A DNA stretch of 63,984 nt, filler included, from Octopus bimaculoides (GCF_001194135.2; 7 parts of 7 records of this genome joined end to end with filler, not necessarily neighbours in it); one strand, 5' to 3'. Positions 1 through 11,966 are shown, counted from the whole stretch's first letter. Made by a program: numbers and translations. Notes: generated by a model from the letters alone, not told the origin.

Positions 1-47
1 CAAAGTGAAATATTTCATATTAATTCATTTGGTACTTATTGTTGGTT

Positions 48-85
<38 letters not shown>

Positions 86-1319
86 TCAGGTCATTAAAAA
101 TGAAATGTCCAATTTTCTTATGCACCAAGTTTGACAGTCATTAACTCTAATGTTTTATCCTGACAATTCTTTGTTTTACAACATTGAAGAGTTACAAAAT
201 ACTTTTCAAAATGCAATTCATGGTGTCTGATTATATTGTGAGTTTTCTCTTGTAAATCAATTTTTGTGAACCCATGGAGAGATCAAAAGTTCGTGTTGTT
301 TATGAATATGAATTCCATTGTGGAACTAATGCATTTCCAGACAGCTTGAAACATTAATGAGATGTTGATGAAGATGTGACAAATGAGCACATTGTACGTC
401 GATGGTTGAGAAGTTCCTGTCTGGTGATTTTACTCATGAAAATCAGCCCCATGGTAGACTTGAGACCAAGGTGGATAATGGTGAGCTGGAAACTTTAGTG
501 GAAGCAGATACATCTCAAATTATGCATGAGTTAGCAGCAAGGTTTGATGTTTCAATTCCAACTGTTCTAGAGCATCTGAAACAAATCAGCAAGGTAAAGA
601 AGCTGGACAAGTGGATACCATACAAACTGAACGAGCATCAAATGACACATCTTGAAACTTACTGTTCTTTGCTGTCATGGCATAAAAGTGAACCACTTTT
701 GCATCGTATTGTTACGTGCAATGAAAAATGGATTCTTTTCAACAATAGTAAGCATGGTGGTTCGATAGAGATGAAGTGCCAAAACACAAGCTAAAAAGAA
801 TATTTGCTAAAAAAAGCTAATGGAGTCTGTTTGGTAGTCGAGCACTGGTGTCATCCATTACAGCTTCATGAGACCTGATAAGTCAATTACAGCAGATGAG
901 TGAACTTGCAATTAAACAACCGAGATCGGTCAATGGAGACAGGCCAATTCTCTTGCAAGGCAATGCTCAACCACATGTTGCACAAAGAACACCATCAAAT
1001 TACTGGAACTGAACTTTGAAGTACTCTGTCATCCACCATATTCACCAGACCTTGCTGACTATCACGTTTTCCAGGCATTGAACAACTTTTTCAAGGAAAA
1101 TCTTCAAATCTGAAGAAGATGAAAAAACAGCCTTTTGTGATTTCATCACCTTTTGCTCTCCAGAATTCTTCACTGCTGGCATAAATAAGCTACTGATAAA
1201 ATGGCAAAATTGTGTTGATAATTTAAGTGTATACTTTGATTAACTGCATTGCTTTTTGTTGAGATAAAGTAAAATAAACTTTCAGTCCAAAATCAGACAT
1301 TTCATTTTTAATGACCTGA
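86..1319 (+). mobile_element. Full-length mariner (DD34D) DNA transposon, non-functional
   Basis: Perfect 24-bp terminal inverted repeats TCAGGTCATTAAAAATGAAATGTC (86-109, 1296-1319), TA on both flanks, 1234 bp long, internal transposase remnant. Confidence 0.95.
274..1243 (+). pseudogene. Mariner transposase pseudogene (frameshifts and stops)
   Basis: Starts MERSKVRVVYEYEF. Motifs KLDKWIPYKL (WVPHEL), IVTCNEKWILF (first catalytic D changed to N), LQGNAQPH (HDNARPH), HPPYSPDL (YSPDL) lie in different frames. Confidence 0.92.
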
Positions 1320-2020
1320 TACATACATGCANNNNNNNNNNNNNNNNNNNNNNNNNNNNNNNNNNNNNNNNNNNNNNNNNNNNNNNNNNNNNNNNNNNNN
1401 NNNNNNNNNNNNNNNNNNNNNNNNNNNNNNNNNNNNNNNNNNNNNNNNNNNNNNNNNNNNNNNNNNNNNNNNNNNNNNNNNNNNNNNNNNNNNNNNNNNN
1501 NNNNNNNNNNNNNNNNNNNNNNNNNNNNNNNNNNNNNNNNNNNNNNNNNNNNNNNNNNNNNNNNNNNNNNNNNNNNNNNNNNNNNNNNNNNNNNNNNNNN
1601 NATATATATATTGCATACATATATACATACACATACATGCATACATACATACATACATACATACATACAAACATACACATATAGCTTGAGTGAAAAAGCT
1701 AGCAATCTCAATGGCATTGGCATTCAGAGTCTGCCAATCATTTGTCTGACAGAGGGGTTCTTTCCATGGCTTAATAACTTGCTGCTAGAAATATCAGCAC
1801 AATCTTTCTTAATATGTACTAAAATGGCTGAAAGAAAAGGATATATTTGAACATTGTGGTTCTATACATAAAATAATATAGAAAAGAAAAGCAAGGAAAT
1901 GGGATAGACTTTGCTTAAACTGCCTACTCAATCAAAGCTGATCTGTAGCTAAGTAACAGTGATGACCTCTATGTATTGTATATACTATAAACACTATATA
2001 CATATTATATACTGTTCATC

Positions 2021-2291
2021 TGTCACTAATGTTAGGCAAGCGAGATAGGTTGGTCACGGTCATTAATGTTAACCAAGTTTGATAGTCACCCTGTCACTAA
2101 TGAATGACCAGTCACTCTTTTACTAATGTTTGCTATGCTAAATAGCCTGGTCACTTTGATTACTTTATCACTAATGTTTGCCTTGATTGTTATATTGGCT
2201 CTTCTATCACTAATGTTAATCATAGAAGATGAACTGATCACCTTATCAACAATGACATGCTAGTGAGACAGGCCTCTTTATCACTAGTGAG
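2021..2291. repeat. Degenerate minisatellite, ~8 units anchored on TCACTAATGTT
   Basis: Core motif at ~2023, 2060, 2094, 2120, 2168, 2207, 2246, 2281; spacing 26-48 bp. Confidence 0.65.
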
Positions 2292-2835
2292 TAAAAAAAT
2301 TTGTAAATTCAAATGTAGACAGTAGGAAAACATATGTGTTAAAGGAAGAATTGTTATTATATCATTAAGGTAATTTTTTTTCTACAAAATTTTATTTAAA
2401 TAAAAGTACATAATTTACATATTAAGAAAGAAAATTTTCTTCACTGACTGCTTCTAATTCAGTATTTTTGACTAAATACTTTTGAAGTCTGTAATTTAAT
2501 TTACATAGTTGAAAGTGAATAATTTTAATTAACCAATTTAAAGTATCAATTTCAGTAGTCCCAAGGTGTTCCCTATACAAGACAGTCTTTAAACATTAAT
2601 AATGTCTCATATGATACCAAACTTATGGGACAGAATGTGAAACTGACAAAGCTAGCAGAATTGAATACATAATGCATTGTTATTTTAACAATCATTGGTT
2701 TATGTCATCATTAGAATAAATATTCTGTAGTCATTCCTAACACTCTTCACCTCTAAATGATCTAGATTTTATAGTTATAAGAAGATACCAACATAAGCAG
2801 CAGGTTACTATATAACTGTTTTTTAAATGGACATA

Positions 2836-3000
2836 GGCACAGACATAGTTATGTGGTTACAAAGTTCACTTCTCAATTGCATGGTTTCAGCTTTGGTTAC
2901 ACTGATTAGTACCTGAGAAAGAGCGTTCTACTATAGTTCCAGGATGCTCAACGCTTTGTGAGTTCATTTGGTTGATGGAAATGGTACAAAAGCCAGCTGT
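2836..3000 (+). mobile_element. tRNA-derived SINE family A, strongly diverged
   Basis: Collinear with 7863-8030 (...tctactatag...ctttgtgag...tttggttgatggaaa). Confidence 0.55.
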
Positions 3001-3011
3001 GTGTGTGTATG

Positions 3012-3105
<94 letters not shown>
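3001..3105. repeat. Compound (GT)n(CT)n(AT)n microsatellite
   Basis: Direct inspection. Confidence 0.95.
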
Positions 3106-3107
<2 letters not shown>

Positions 3108-3115
3108 CATATAAT

Positions 3116-3400
3116 CATTATCATCATCATTATTATTTAATAGCCATTTTCCAAAGCAGACAATGGCCTCGTGGTGCAGCTCCCAGCCCTGCCGGCTCTA
3201 GTTAAACCATTATCATCATCATTATTATTTAATAGCCATTTTCCATGCTGGCATGTGTTGGATGGTTTAACTAGAGCCTGCAGGGCTGGGAGCTGCACCA
3301 CGAGGCCATTGTCTGCTTTAGCATAGTTTCTACAGCTAGTTGTTCTTCGTAATGCCAAACACGTTAACAGAATGCACTAGATGCTTTTTACATGGCACCA
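3116..3400 (-). mobile_element. Family C repeat (CAT/GAT-tailed, probably RTE-related SINE or LINE 3' end) with local inverted and direct duplication
   Basis: ttccatgctggcatg...tttctacagctag matches copies at 6262, 50748 and 60727; 58-bp inverted repeat at 3153-3210 / 3262-3319. Confidence 0.75.
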
Positions 3401-3607
3401 GCTACAAAGGTTTTTTTTTGTGGTGCTAGCATCAGTGCTTTTCATGTAGCACCAGCAGCTACACTTAGTACCTTGCAAGACAAAAACTCCTCAACAGGGA
3501 GGGGTAAGTTGTATTAAGAGTGTGTGGCTTTGTGCAAATTGAGAGATTAAAGGTATAAATGGACAGAGATAGATAGCATGTTGTAGAGTAGATACATCGA
3601 TTTCTCA

Positions 3608-4065
3608 TCATCATCATTGTCATCGTTTAATGTTTGCTTTCCATGGGTTGGATGATTTGACTGAGAATTGGCAGGCTGCACTAGGCTCCAACCTGAATTG
3701 GCAGGCTGCACTAGGCTCCAACCTGAATTGGCAAGGTTTCTACAGCTGGATGTCCTTCCTAACGCTAACCACTCCGAGAGTACAGTGGGTACATTTTACA
3801 TGCAACTGGCACAGGAGCAAGTCAAGCAGCACTGAAATCAGCCATGCTCAAGTGCTTTTTATGTGCCACTGGCATGGGTGCCAGTCAGGCAGCACTGGCA
3901 TCGGCCACACTCAAATGGTGCTTTATACATGCCACAGGCATGGGTGCCAGTCAGGTGAAACTGGCATTGGCCATGCTTGAATGGTGCTTTTTATGTGCCA
4001 CCGGCACAAGACCAGTCAGGTGGTACTGGCATTGGCCACACTCGAATGGTGCTTTATACATGCCA
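3608..4065 (-). mobile_element. Family C repeat with internal tandem units
   Basis: (CAT)n then cgtttaatgtttgctttccatg...tttctacagctggatg; 30-bp tandem duplication at ~3665-3735; ~60-bp ggcactggcat...gtgccac units repeated about 4 times (3790-4060). Confidence 0.8.
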
Positions 4066-4252
4066 ATATATATATTTATGTATACACTTGGAAATGAATG
4101 TGTCGCATTCAATTAAATAATTAATAATAAATAATATATAGTATATATATCTGACTGAATCTGTGCTTGCACAGTGAATTTGAAAAATTATAATATATAA
4201 TGATGTGACACATGTTATTCCATCTCTAAATTATATGTTAGTGTTTGGCATA

Positions 4253-4321
4253 GCCACTGATGAGAACTCCACCTAGCAAATTATTTTATTTGCTAATTAG
4301 AGTTTGAAACTTAGGTATGGC
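4253..4321 (+). ncRNA. Type-I hammerhead ribozyme motif with extended stem II
   Basis: Stem I GCCA/TGGC; core CTGATGA (4257-4263); stem II GAACTC/GAGTTT enclosing TAGCAAAT/ATTTGCTA; GAAA (4306-4309); near-palindromic stem III ACTTAGGT; GUA cleavage triplet ending at 4317. Confidence 0.7.
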
Positions 4322-4832
4322 AGTAAAAAAACAAAGTAAAGGTTTTTATTTTTCATTCCCTTCGAAATTTCTCTTAAATACACTTTTTCAATATTTTTTA
4401 TTGTAACTCTTAATAATTATATTAATACCGTTAATGTAGGGATTAGTTTACAGGTCTTGTCTCTTTATATATATTTTTATTTCTCATGTTTATGTTTATT
4501 CCTTGAATGATTTTAGGTATTCTTTTTAGGAATTTGACCTGAAGAGTGACTGATTTTGGGAGTAAAATCATTTCCTCGTTCATTTTATTGTATTAATTTT
4601 TACTGTCCTATTTATAATTTATTTGATTTTTAAATTAATATTTTCATGATGAATGTTTCTTTATATGATATATTATATATTATTAAAATTAGTAAAATTT
4701 TAGATTAAAATCTTAGATAAATATTGTATATGGTATATGCCTCACAGCATGGTTTTGGATGGTTGACTGAGTTGTAGAGTGGTGGTTCGTCTCTAAATTA
4801 GTTTTATATATATATATATATATATATATAAA

Positions 4833-5580
4833 TTTGGAGTCCTGAATCCGTATACCGCAAGCCGACCTTCACTGGATGATAACTCAACTTCAACTCACAT
4901 CGTCCATACAGTGTAAAGAGAGGGATTGCTCAGTGCCTAAACATCTAGCAATGAATATAAGTAGCAATCGTGATACCCACCATGAAGAAATGATCAAGCT
5001 CAGTAACAATCTATTAAGCAACAACTACCCCAAAAACATACTATCCACTCCAGTTATGAAGAAAAGAGAGGATGCAACCAATAAACTGTTCACAGTCTGT
5101 CTACCCTATGTGAAAGGCCTCTCCAAAAAGATACAAAGGATATGTGGCCCATATGACTTCAGGACAATGTTCAAAAATAATACAACACTTTGCAAATATC
5201 TCCTTTGAGTAAAACCATCAATAGAAGAAAATATGACCAAGAACTGCGTGTACTCAATCCCATGCAGCTGTGGTAGGTTATACAAAGGCGAAAAATGCTG
5301 CCCCTTCAAAATAAGCATAGAGGAACATCGCAAAGCTGTGACATGAAGAGATATTGATAAATCGGGGATAGCTGAACATGTATGGAAAAATGGAGACCCC
5401 CCCCCCTGTGGGATGAAGTTAAAATAATATACAGAGAACACCACTGGAAAATATGAAAACTAAAAGAAGCAGCACATATGCTAGAGCACTACAACCTCCC
5501 AAGCAGACTGAGTGCAGATATGAACAGCATATGGGAACTGGTATTAAGGAAGGATAGGAGAATATTAGATTTATAAGCCA
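4833..5580 (+). mobile_element. Penelope-like retroelement 3' fragment (RT thumb + GIY-YIG endonuclease), degenerate
   Basis: SVYRKPTFTG, LPYVKGLSKKIQRIC, CVYSIPCSCGRLYKGE, EEHRKAV, KSGIAEHVW, LKEAAHM; internal stops and frameshifts. Confidence 0.9.
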
Positions 5581-5595
5581 TAAAATTCACTCCAT

Positions 5596-5880
5596 AATTG
5601 CCCACGAGCAAATGGCATAGTGGTTAAGAGTATGGGTGACGAACCCCAAGATTCCGAGTTCGATTCCAGGTAGTGACCTGAATAATAATAATAATGATAA
5701 TAATGATAATAATAATACGAAGAAGAAGAAGAATAACATGGAAATATACCTTAGGAATGAGAACCCAGGTTGGAAATTTCCCCAAGACACCTGATGAAGA
5801 CTGGAGGGTATATCAGCCGAAACGTGTTAACAACAAACAAGATGAGGACAAATATCCATCTAATGTAAATAATAAACACA
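5596..5880 (+). mobile_element. tRNA-headed, hammerhead-bearing terminal repeat (same family as 56861-57163)
   Basis: A box TGGCATAGTGG, B box GAGTTCGATTC, (AAT)n, then gacacCTGATGAagactggagggtatatcagccGAAAcgtgtt (5786-5828; 3-nt deletion and stem II mismatch). Confidence 0.85.
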
Positions 5881-6103
5881 ATGCTCTTTCACTCATAAAA
5901 TATGTGAAAAAGTATATTAAAACTATGTAAACTGTGTGCATTTTCTTTCTTTTATATACATATATATGTATTTACTAATGGACCTTCAGCCACAACACAT
6001 TTCTTGATACACAGTCAGTGGCTACTACTAACTCCAGGTCACAACAGAGATACAGGATGTTCTTGAAGCTGAGAATTTAAATTCATGGAGACAATATTTA
6101 TAT

Positions 6104-6180
6104 ATCACCTGAGGAAACACAACTAGATCTCATAATGCAAGCCTGGAGAACTATGTTGCATAGAAACAATTGTAATGATT
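6104..6180 (+). ncRNA. Possible decayed hammerhead motif
   Basis: CTGAGGA (6109-6115), ATGCAA/TTGCAT stem, GAAA, palindrome ACAATTGT, GUA; stem I is imperfect and stem II has extra sequence. Confidence 0.35.
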
Positions 6181-6261
6181 GCCAATAAATGTCCAACTGT
6201 ACTCCTTCTTGTTGACTTCAACTTATTCAATTATATATGCTAGCAAATCTACCCATGTACT

Positions 6262-6415
6262 ATCATCATCATCATCATCATCGTTTAACGTCCATTTTCC
6301 ATGCTAGCATGGGTTGGACGATTTGATTGAGGACTGGCAAGCCAGAAGGCCAAACCAGGCTCCAATCTGATTTGGCAGAGTTTCTACAGCTGGATGCCCT
6401 TCCTAACGCCAAAGT
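6262..6415 (-). mobile_element. Family C repeat, truncated
   Basis: (ATC)n-gtttaacgtcc...catgctagcatgggttggacgatttg...tttctacagctggatgcccttcctaacgccaa, nearly identical to 50748-50920. Confidence 0.9.
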
Positions 6416-7589
6416 ACTATGGAGGTGTAAAGTGAAGGAGATAATTCATAACAGCGGTATGCATTGAGAAATATGATGGATTGCTGGGTGATATCTTAGA
6501 GAAATCAAATTATTGTTGGTGATACAGCTATCTATTGCAACTATATGATAAGTGCTTGCAACTAAGTGACATCTGGTGATGATTCACTCTTGAACTGAAA
6601 GAGGCTCCCAGCCTCCGTATCATGAATGGTTATGAGGACCACTCCTAATGAAAGCCAGACTTTTATTCGACTACTACATAAAAAGTATTAAGAAAAAATG
6701 TTAGTTAAACATACTTTTATTTTCATTGTTTACTTTATTTTATGCTTGTTTATACTCTTATACATTCAAAGTTCACGAATTTCATATTCCTTTTTGATAA
6801 TATCAATATAATTACAAGCATTTCTTTGTAGACGATACTTTCTGTTTAATCAACACTAATTTTCAAATTACTGGAGCCTGTTGCTCTAATCAGATCTACA
6901 TATAACTGACTGTGTAAACATCAGAGTGGGTGAAAATACACCTACACAGTCTAAAGTCTGGCCCTGTGCCTTGTTTGCTGTGTATGCATGAGTGGAATCT
7001 TTAGGAATAAGATCACAAATATAAGCCCTCTAAATTCATGAACTGTACGGAGAGGGGGAGAAATCCAGAGTTAATCTTTGTTGCCGGAATTTTAACAGAA
7101 AAAAAAAATCAAAAGTGATTTTTTAATACAAAACTCAATATCCACTAAATAATCATACTTTTTCACATTTTTTCCTGATTACCTCCTTCGTAATCCCGAA
7201 AACCGCTATGACCAGTGTTCTAGCCATTTGACCATGAAAAGGGAACAAAGAAACAGATGGACATAACGCCAATTATAGTAAGAAGTTGACTTACTTCCTT
7301 TTGTTTATTTTAATAGTTATCGCCACCTTAACTTTTATTTACATTTTGTTACACCTGTATACTGAACAATTACCCTCAATATTCACTAAACAGCCATAGT
7401 TTTTCACATTTCTTTTCCTAAAAACCTTCCTGATTACCTTGTTCACATAATCCCGCCAAAATATCCTGACCATTAGTCCAGCCATTTGACTATATATATA
7501 TACATATATACATACACACATATACAAACATGTATATAAATGGATAGTGAAACTAATTGAAATCGAAACCATATAATAGTAAAACTATT

Positions 7590-7860
7590 ATATCACATTA
7601 CAATAGAGATGTTATTGTTTCATGTTTGACACATAATACTGAAACAGTGGAAGAGTTAACAGATTCTTCTGGGCTCGCATTAGGCAAGAACCTGAAAATG
7701 TTTTTGGCCCACAACACTCCATGGACCCTAAATAAGGCATGTGTAAAACTTCAATGAAATCAGTTGGATAGTTCTTGAGTTTTAGAAATGCACACATACA
7801 GACACACACAGACAGACGGACAGACACACATTCTAAGTTTTATATATATATATATATATA
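7590..7860 (+). mobile_element. Possible Helentron/DINE-1-like non-autonomous element end
   Basis: aaaacttcaatgaaatcagttggatagttcttgagttt, then (ACAG)-type microsatellite and ttttatatatat, resembling DINE-1/HINE architecture; recognised by eye only. Confidence 0.4.
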
Positions 7861-7862
7861 TA

Positions 7863-8095
7863 GGCGCAGGAGTGGCTGTGTGGTAAGTAGCTTACTTACC
7901 AACCACATGGTTCCGAGTTCATTCCCACTGCGTGGCACCTTGGGCAAGTATCTTCTACTATAGCCTTGGGCCGACCAAAGCCTTGTGAGTGGATTTGGTA
8001 GATGGAAACTGAAAGAAACCCGTTGTATATATGTATGTGCATATGTATGTTTGTGTGTCTGTGTTTGTCCCCCCACCATCACTTGACAACCGATG
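7863..8095 (+). mobile_element. tRNA-derived SINE family A (5' part, runs into gap)
   Basis: ggcgcaggagTGGCTGTGTGGtaag...GAGTTCATTCC A/B-box-like head; body ggatttggtagatggaaactgaaagaa shared with several copies in the window. Confidence 0.9.
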
Positions 8096-8295
8096 NNNNN
8101 NNNNNNNNNNNNNNNNNNNNNNNNNNNNNNNNNNNNNNNNNNNNNNNNNNNNNNNNNNNNNNNNNNNNNNNNNNNNNNNNNNNNNNNNNNNNNNNNNNNN
8201 NNNNNNNNNNNNNNNNNNNNNNNNNNNNNNNNNNNNNNNNNNNNNNNNNNNNNNNNNNNNNNNNNNNNNNNNNNTATATATATATATATATATAT

Positions 8296-8620
8296 GCAGT
8301 AGAGCTTGGTACAGTCTTGCCTGTTCATGTCAAACCTTCCTACCTTGGTGGTTGCAAGGTCTGGACTTTCAGACTTTGGGTCATCTTCAAGACTCTGACA
8401 TCCCGTCCTAAGTCCAGCTGCTGACTTTTGTTCTGTTGATAATGCTGGAGCATCATCCCATAATGTAACAACCATGTCAGTATAAATATCATTGGGACCT
8501 AAAATCTTTTTCTGCAGGTACTCATTAAGAGCCTGCTGCCAAATTTTGTCCATTTTCAAGAGAAGTAGCTGCATACTTTTGAAGTCTTTTTAAAGCAGTA
8601 AGATGTCAGAGTTTACCTGG
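8296..8620 (-). mobile_element. Mariner transposase N-terminal remnant
   Basis: MDKIWQQALNEYLQKKILGPNDIYTDMVVTLWDDAPALSTEQKSAAGLRTG..SLEDDPKSESP matches the mariner HTH and DxPRSGRP linker. Confidence 0.85.
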
Positions 8621-10774
8621 AAAGAAACAAAGCAGTTATTAATAAGAAGGGCTGAAATAAATGCATACAAGAGTTCACAGCTCAAGCATCATTCTCTCAG
8701 AAGTAAGCATATGAACTTTTCAGCCTACTCTTATACTTTTACAATTGACACTTACATATTATGTTATTGATGTTTTGTTCCATGAAATACTTAGCTCCAA
8801 TCTCCAGATTGGAGAGAAAACTGCTCCAGTAAGGCTGACATATATCAGACAACTGTGACCTAATGGCATTTAAAGACTCAGATATCTGATATGAACCATT
8901 GCAATGTTTTTAAGTTAAGTCATCACAATAAAAAAAATACCAGCTTCAGTTTCTTAATGGCAAATGTCATTACACACTGGTAATTGGTTATCAGTCCATC
9001 CATGGGAAGTAATATCTCTTCCTTGCTATCACCACCATCATCATGACGAAATAATGACACATACTATCATAATGGGGATTAGTGATCTTCTTCTTCTTCT
9101 TCTTCTTTAATTCATGTTTTGCAGAATTAAGGACAGGATCTGTCTTCATCTGATGCAGTGACAGAAGCAGTAATAATATTCCAGATAAAATACTATTAGG
9201 CTATGCATTCACTTATGCTTCCCCACATTCCAGTTTCAAATTCTACCAAGGTTGACTTTCCATTTCATCTATCTGAGAGTCCAGTATTATGTGGTCACGT
9301 GACTCACCAATGCTTTTCATTAATGCTGACATCAAATATTGACTCAAGACCACAGACTTAGGGTGATTTCTAATGTAGCTGATTGGTATAATTAACTCAT
9401 TGCACAGTTTAAAACCATCACTTGACCCTTAGGTACTCTTAGACCATTCTATCACAAGCATTTAGGCCAGATCCCTGTTCTGAGAATAGTCTCCTAGTCT
9501 CCTCTCACATGTTTCTCACATGTAAAAGGTTACTGCTTTTTGCTTCCTGCATTGTTATTAAGAATAAATAGCAAACCAAATCCTTTACGTTATACTGTTT
9601 TATTAGCCTTATGAATGAAAGGCAAGTTTGAATTTAGAAGAAAGAGAAATATAATTATACTTTTTAAGAACTCTTCTACCAATTGTGCAGTCCACTTCCA
9701 TAATAACTAATGTAGCACATTATAATGTTATGTAGTGGATGTGATTATAGACAATAAATTGTTACTGAGCTTTGATGTGCACAAAAGCATTAATTTTTTT
9801 CTATAATAAAAATCACTGAAAGTTCATTCAATAGTATAATAGGTCTACTGCGAGGTTTAGTAGCCCATGGCTGGTCATTGTCCTTTTGTTTTGACCAAAG
9901 TCAGAAAATGAAGAGGCAAACCTATACCAAAACCCAACTTTGCTAGCTTTAAGTTGCTATTTAATCCAAGGACAACATTGATCCAAATGATCTATAACAA
10001 TCATTGTAACAATCCTTTTCCTGTTTTTAGAACAGAGTATCTAAGAGGACATTACCCAATATATTTTCTACATTTTAATTGAGTAGGGCATATTTTGAAG
10101 TAGATTTGCTTGCTATTTCTAGCAAGGCATCTGAACATGTAGAGGCTTCTTCATAGGACTGATTATCACCATATGTCACAGATGGTATAATACATTGTTC
10201 TATATTGTAGTTGTGTATTACGGTATTTATTTCATATCACCCACAGACCAAATACCCACATACTGTTCAGATAAATGTTTAACTTCACAGAAACAGAGAT
10301 TGTATGCATTTTTATGGATCTCTGGATCTGGAAAGAACTAGTTTTTAATTATAACTATAGTTTATAATTTAGTACCTATTTGTTGTTGTTTAGTTCCTTG
10401 TATCTACTAGAGCAAGCCTATAATCGAAGGCAATTCATCCATGACACCTCCATTTATTTTAATCATAGTACATGTAGGTCCACTGTTTCACACATTCTGT
10501 TTCTAAGAGAGTAATGTGTGATTTTGAATGAGATTTGATTGTTATTTTTAGCAGTTTAGGCTCCCACATAGAATCTCTCTCATTGGCTTTACTATTATAC
10601 TACCGAGGGGCAGATAAACTTTTCTTTACTGAGTGACATACTTGGGAGTTTCTTTTGATTGATGCCTTTAGGAGGATTTTAACTGATCACAACATCTTAA
10701 AACAGGTGTCAATTACACAATATATGACCAAGAGATGCTAGTGACTTAAAGAATTCAGAAAGCAGTAGAAGTAG

Positions 10775-10874
10775 NNNNNNNNNNNNNNNNNNNNNNNNNN
10801 NNNNNNNNNNNNNNNNNNTTAATTAATTAANNNNNNNNNNNNNNNNNNNNNNNNNNNNNNNNNNNNNNNNNNNN
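10775..10874. other. Artificial 100-bp gap spacer (44N + TTAATTAATTAA + 44N); also centred at 18179-18190, 30772-30783, 45577-45588, 50965-50976, 62758-62769
   Basis: Identical palindromic 12-mer with stop codons in all six frames, embedded in N runs six times. Confidence 0.95.
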
Positions 10875-11260
10875 GATGTATCAATACCAGCAGATGACAA
10901 CGTTTCCCTAAAAGAAATGGAAAAACTTTCAAAATACAAAGACCTGGAAATAGAGGTAACTTGAATGTGGAATCTAAAAACAGAAACAATTCCTATCATA
11001 GTAGGTGCCTTAGGTATAATAAAAAAAATATTCAGACGAATACATAACAAAAACACCAGGACTTACAAATATATATATAACATACAGAAAATTGCACTAC
11101 TGGGCACTGCACACATCCTACGCAAAGCACTTTCAATACAGTAACCATAAGAGCATCACAGCAAACCACAGCACATACCCAAGGCACACAGAGCTGCGCT
11201 CGATAGTGAAGTGAAAGCACGTTATAAATATAAAACTACTGAACAATAATAATAATAATA
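10875..11260 (+). mobile_element. R4/Dong-like (REL endonuclease) LINE 3' end with (AAT)n tail
   Basis: DVSIPADDNVSLKEMEKLSKYKDLEIEV..W..KTETIPIIVGALG..IQKIALLGTAHILRKALS*, then 3' UTR and (AAT)n. Confidence 0.9.
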
Positions 11261-11914
11261 GACGTACAAGGAGAGTATAATATAATGAATCTTAGTATAC
11301 ATGTGTTTACATCTCTAATTTTACTGAATATATGATTTAGACTAGTAACATTTACGTAGAAACAAACACTCAAACATGCATATGCAAAAACACACAGAGA
11401 TACATGGACGCAAGCACACATACACTTACAGACACACACACACACACACAAACACACAAACACACTCACACGCATGCAAAGAGTCACACACCACGTGCAC
11501 ACACACACACAAACACACACTCCAACATCGATAGCTGTATTTGCTCGATTTAAATTTCAGTATGGCAAGATTCCACCAATATATAACATACCAATATGCT
11601 GAGAAGTTTTTGGAAGAAATATTTCAGGATGAGTTTTTTTCTGAATGCTCCAATTAGAGTCCATTTTGCATTTATGGTAATATTCCAGCAATGTATCTTA
11701 ACTTTGATCGTAGGCAATGTAGATATTAGTAGTCCCATGTATATCTGTTTGGCAGGCATAACAAACATATGTAAAGAGGCTCGGACGAATATATGGTATT
11801 AAAAGATGCAAAAATATAAATGAAAAATAAAAATTCTGTCATCAGATTCGTAGAATTTTCTTATTATGAAGTTTAGTAGAACACTTTGAAATAATATTTG
11901 GCTGGATACATATC

Positions 11915-11966
<52 letters not shown>

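Noticed and set aside
2021-2291. CRISPR-like repeat-spacer appearance
   Set aside because: The core is only ~11 bp and imperfect, the spacing is irregular, the spacers are partly related, there are no cas genes, and the context is eukaryotic.
10819-10830. TTAATTAATTAA as a biological motif (PacI-like or piggyBac TTAA)
   Set aside because: It is always centred in exactly 88 Ns, so it is an assembly spacer.
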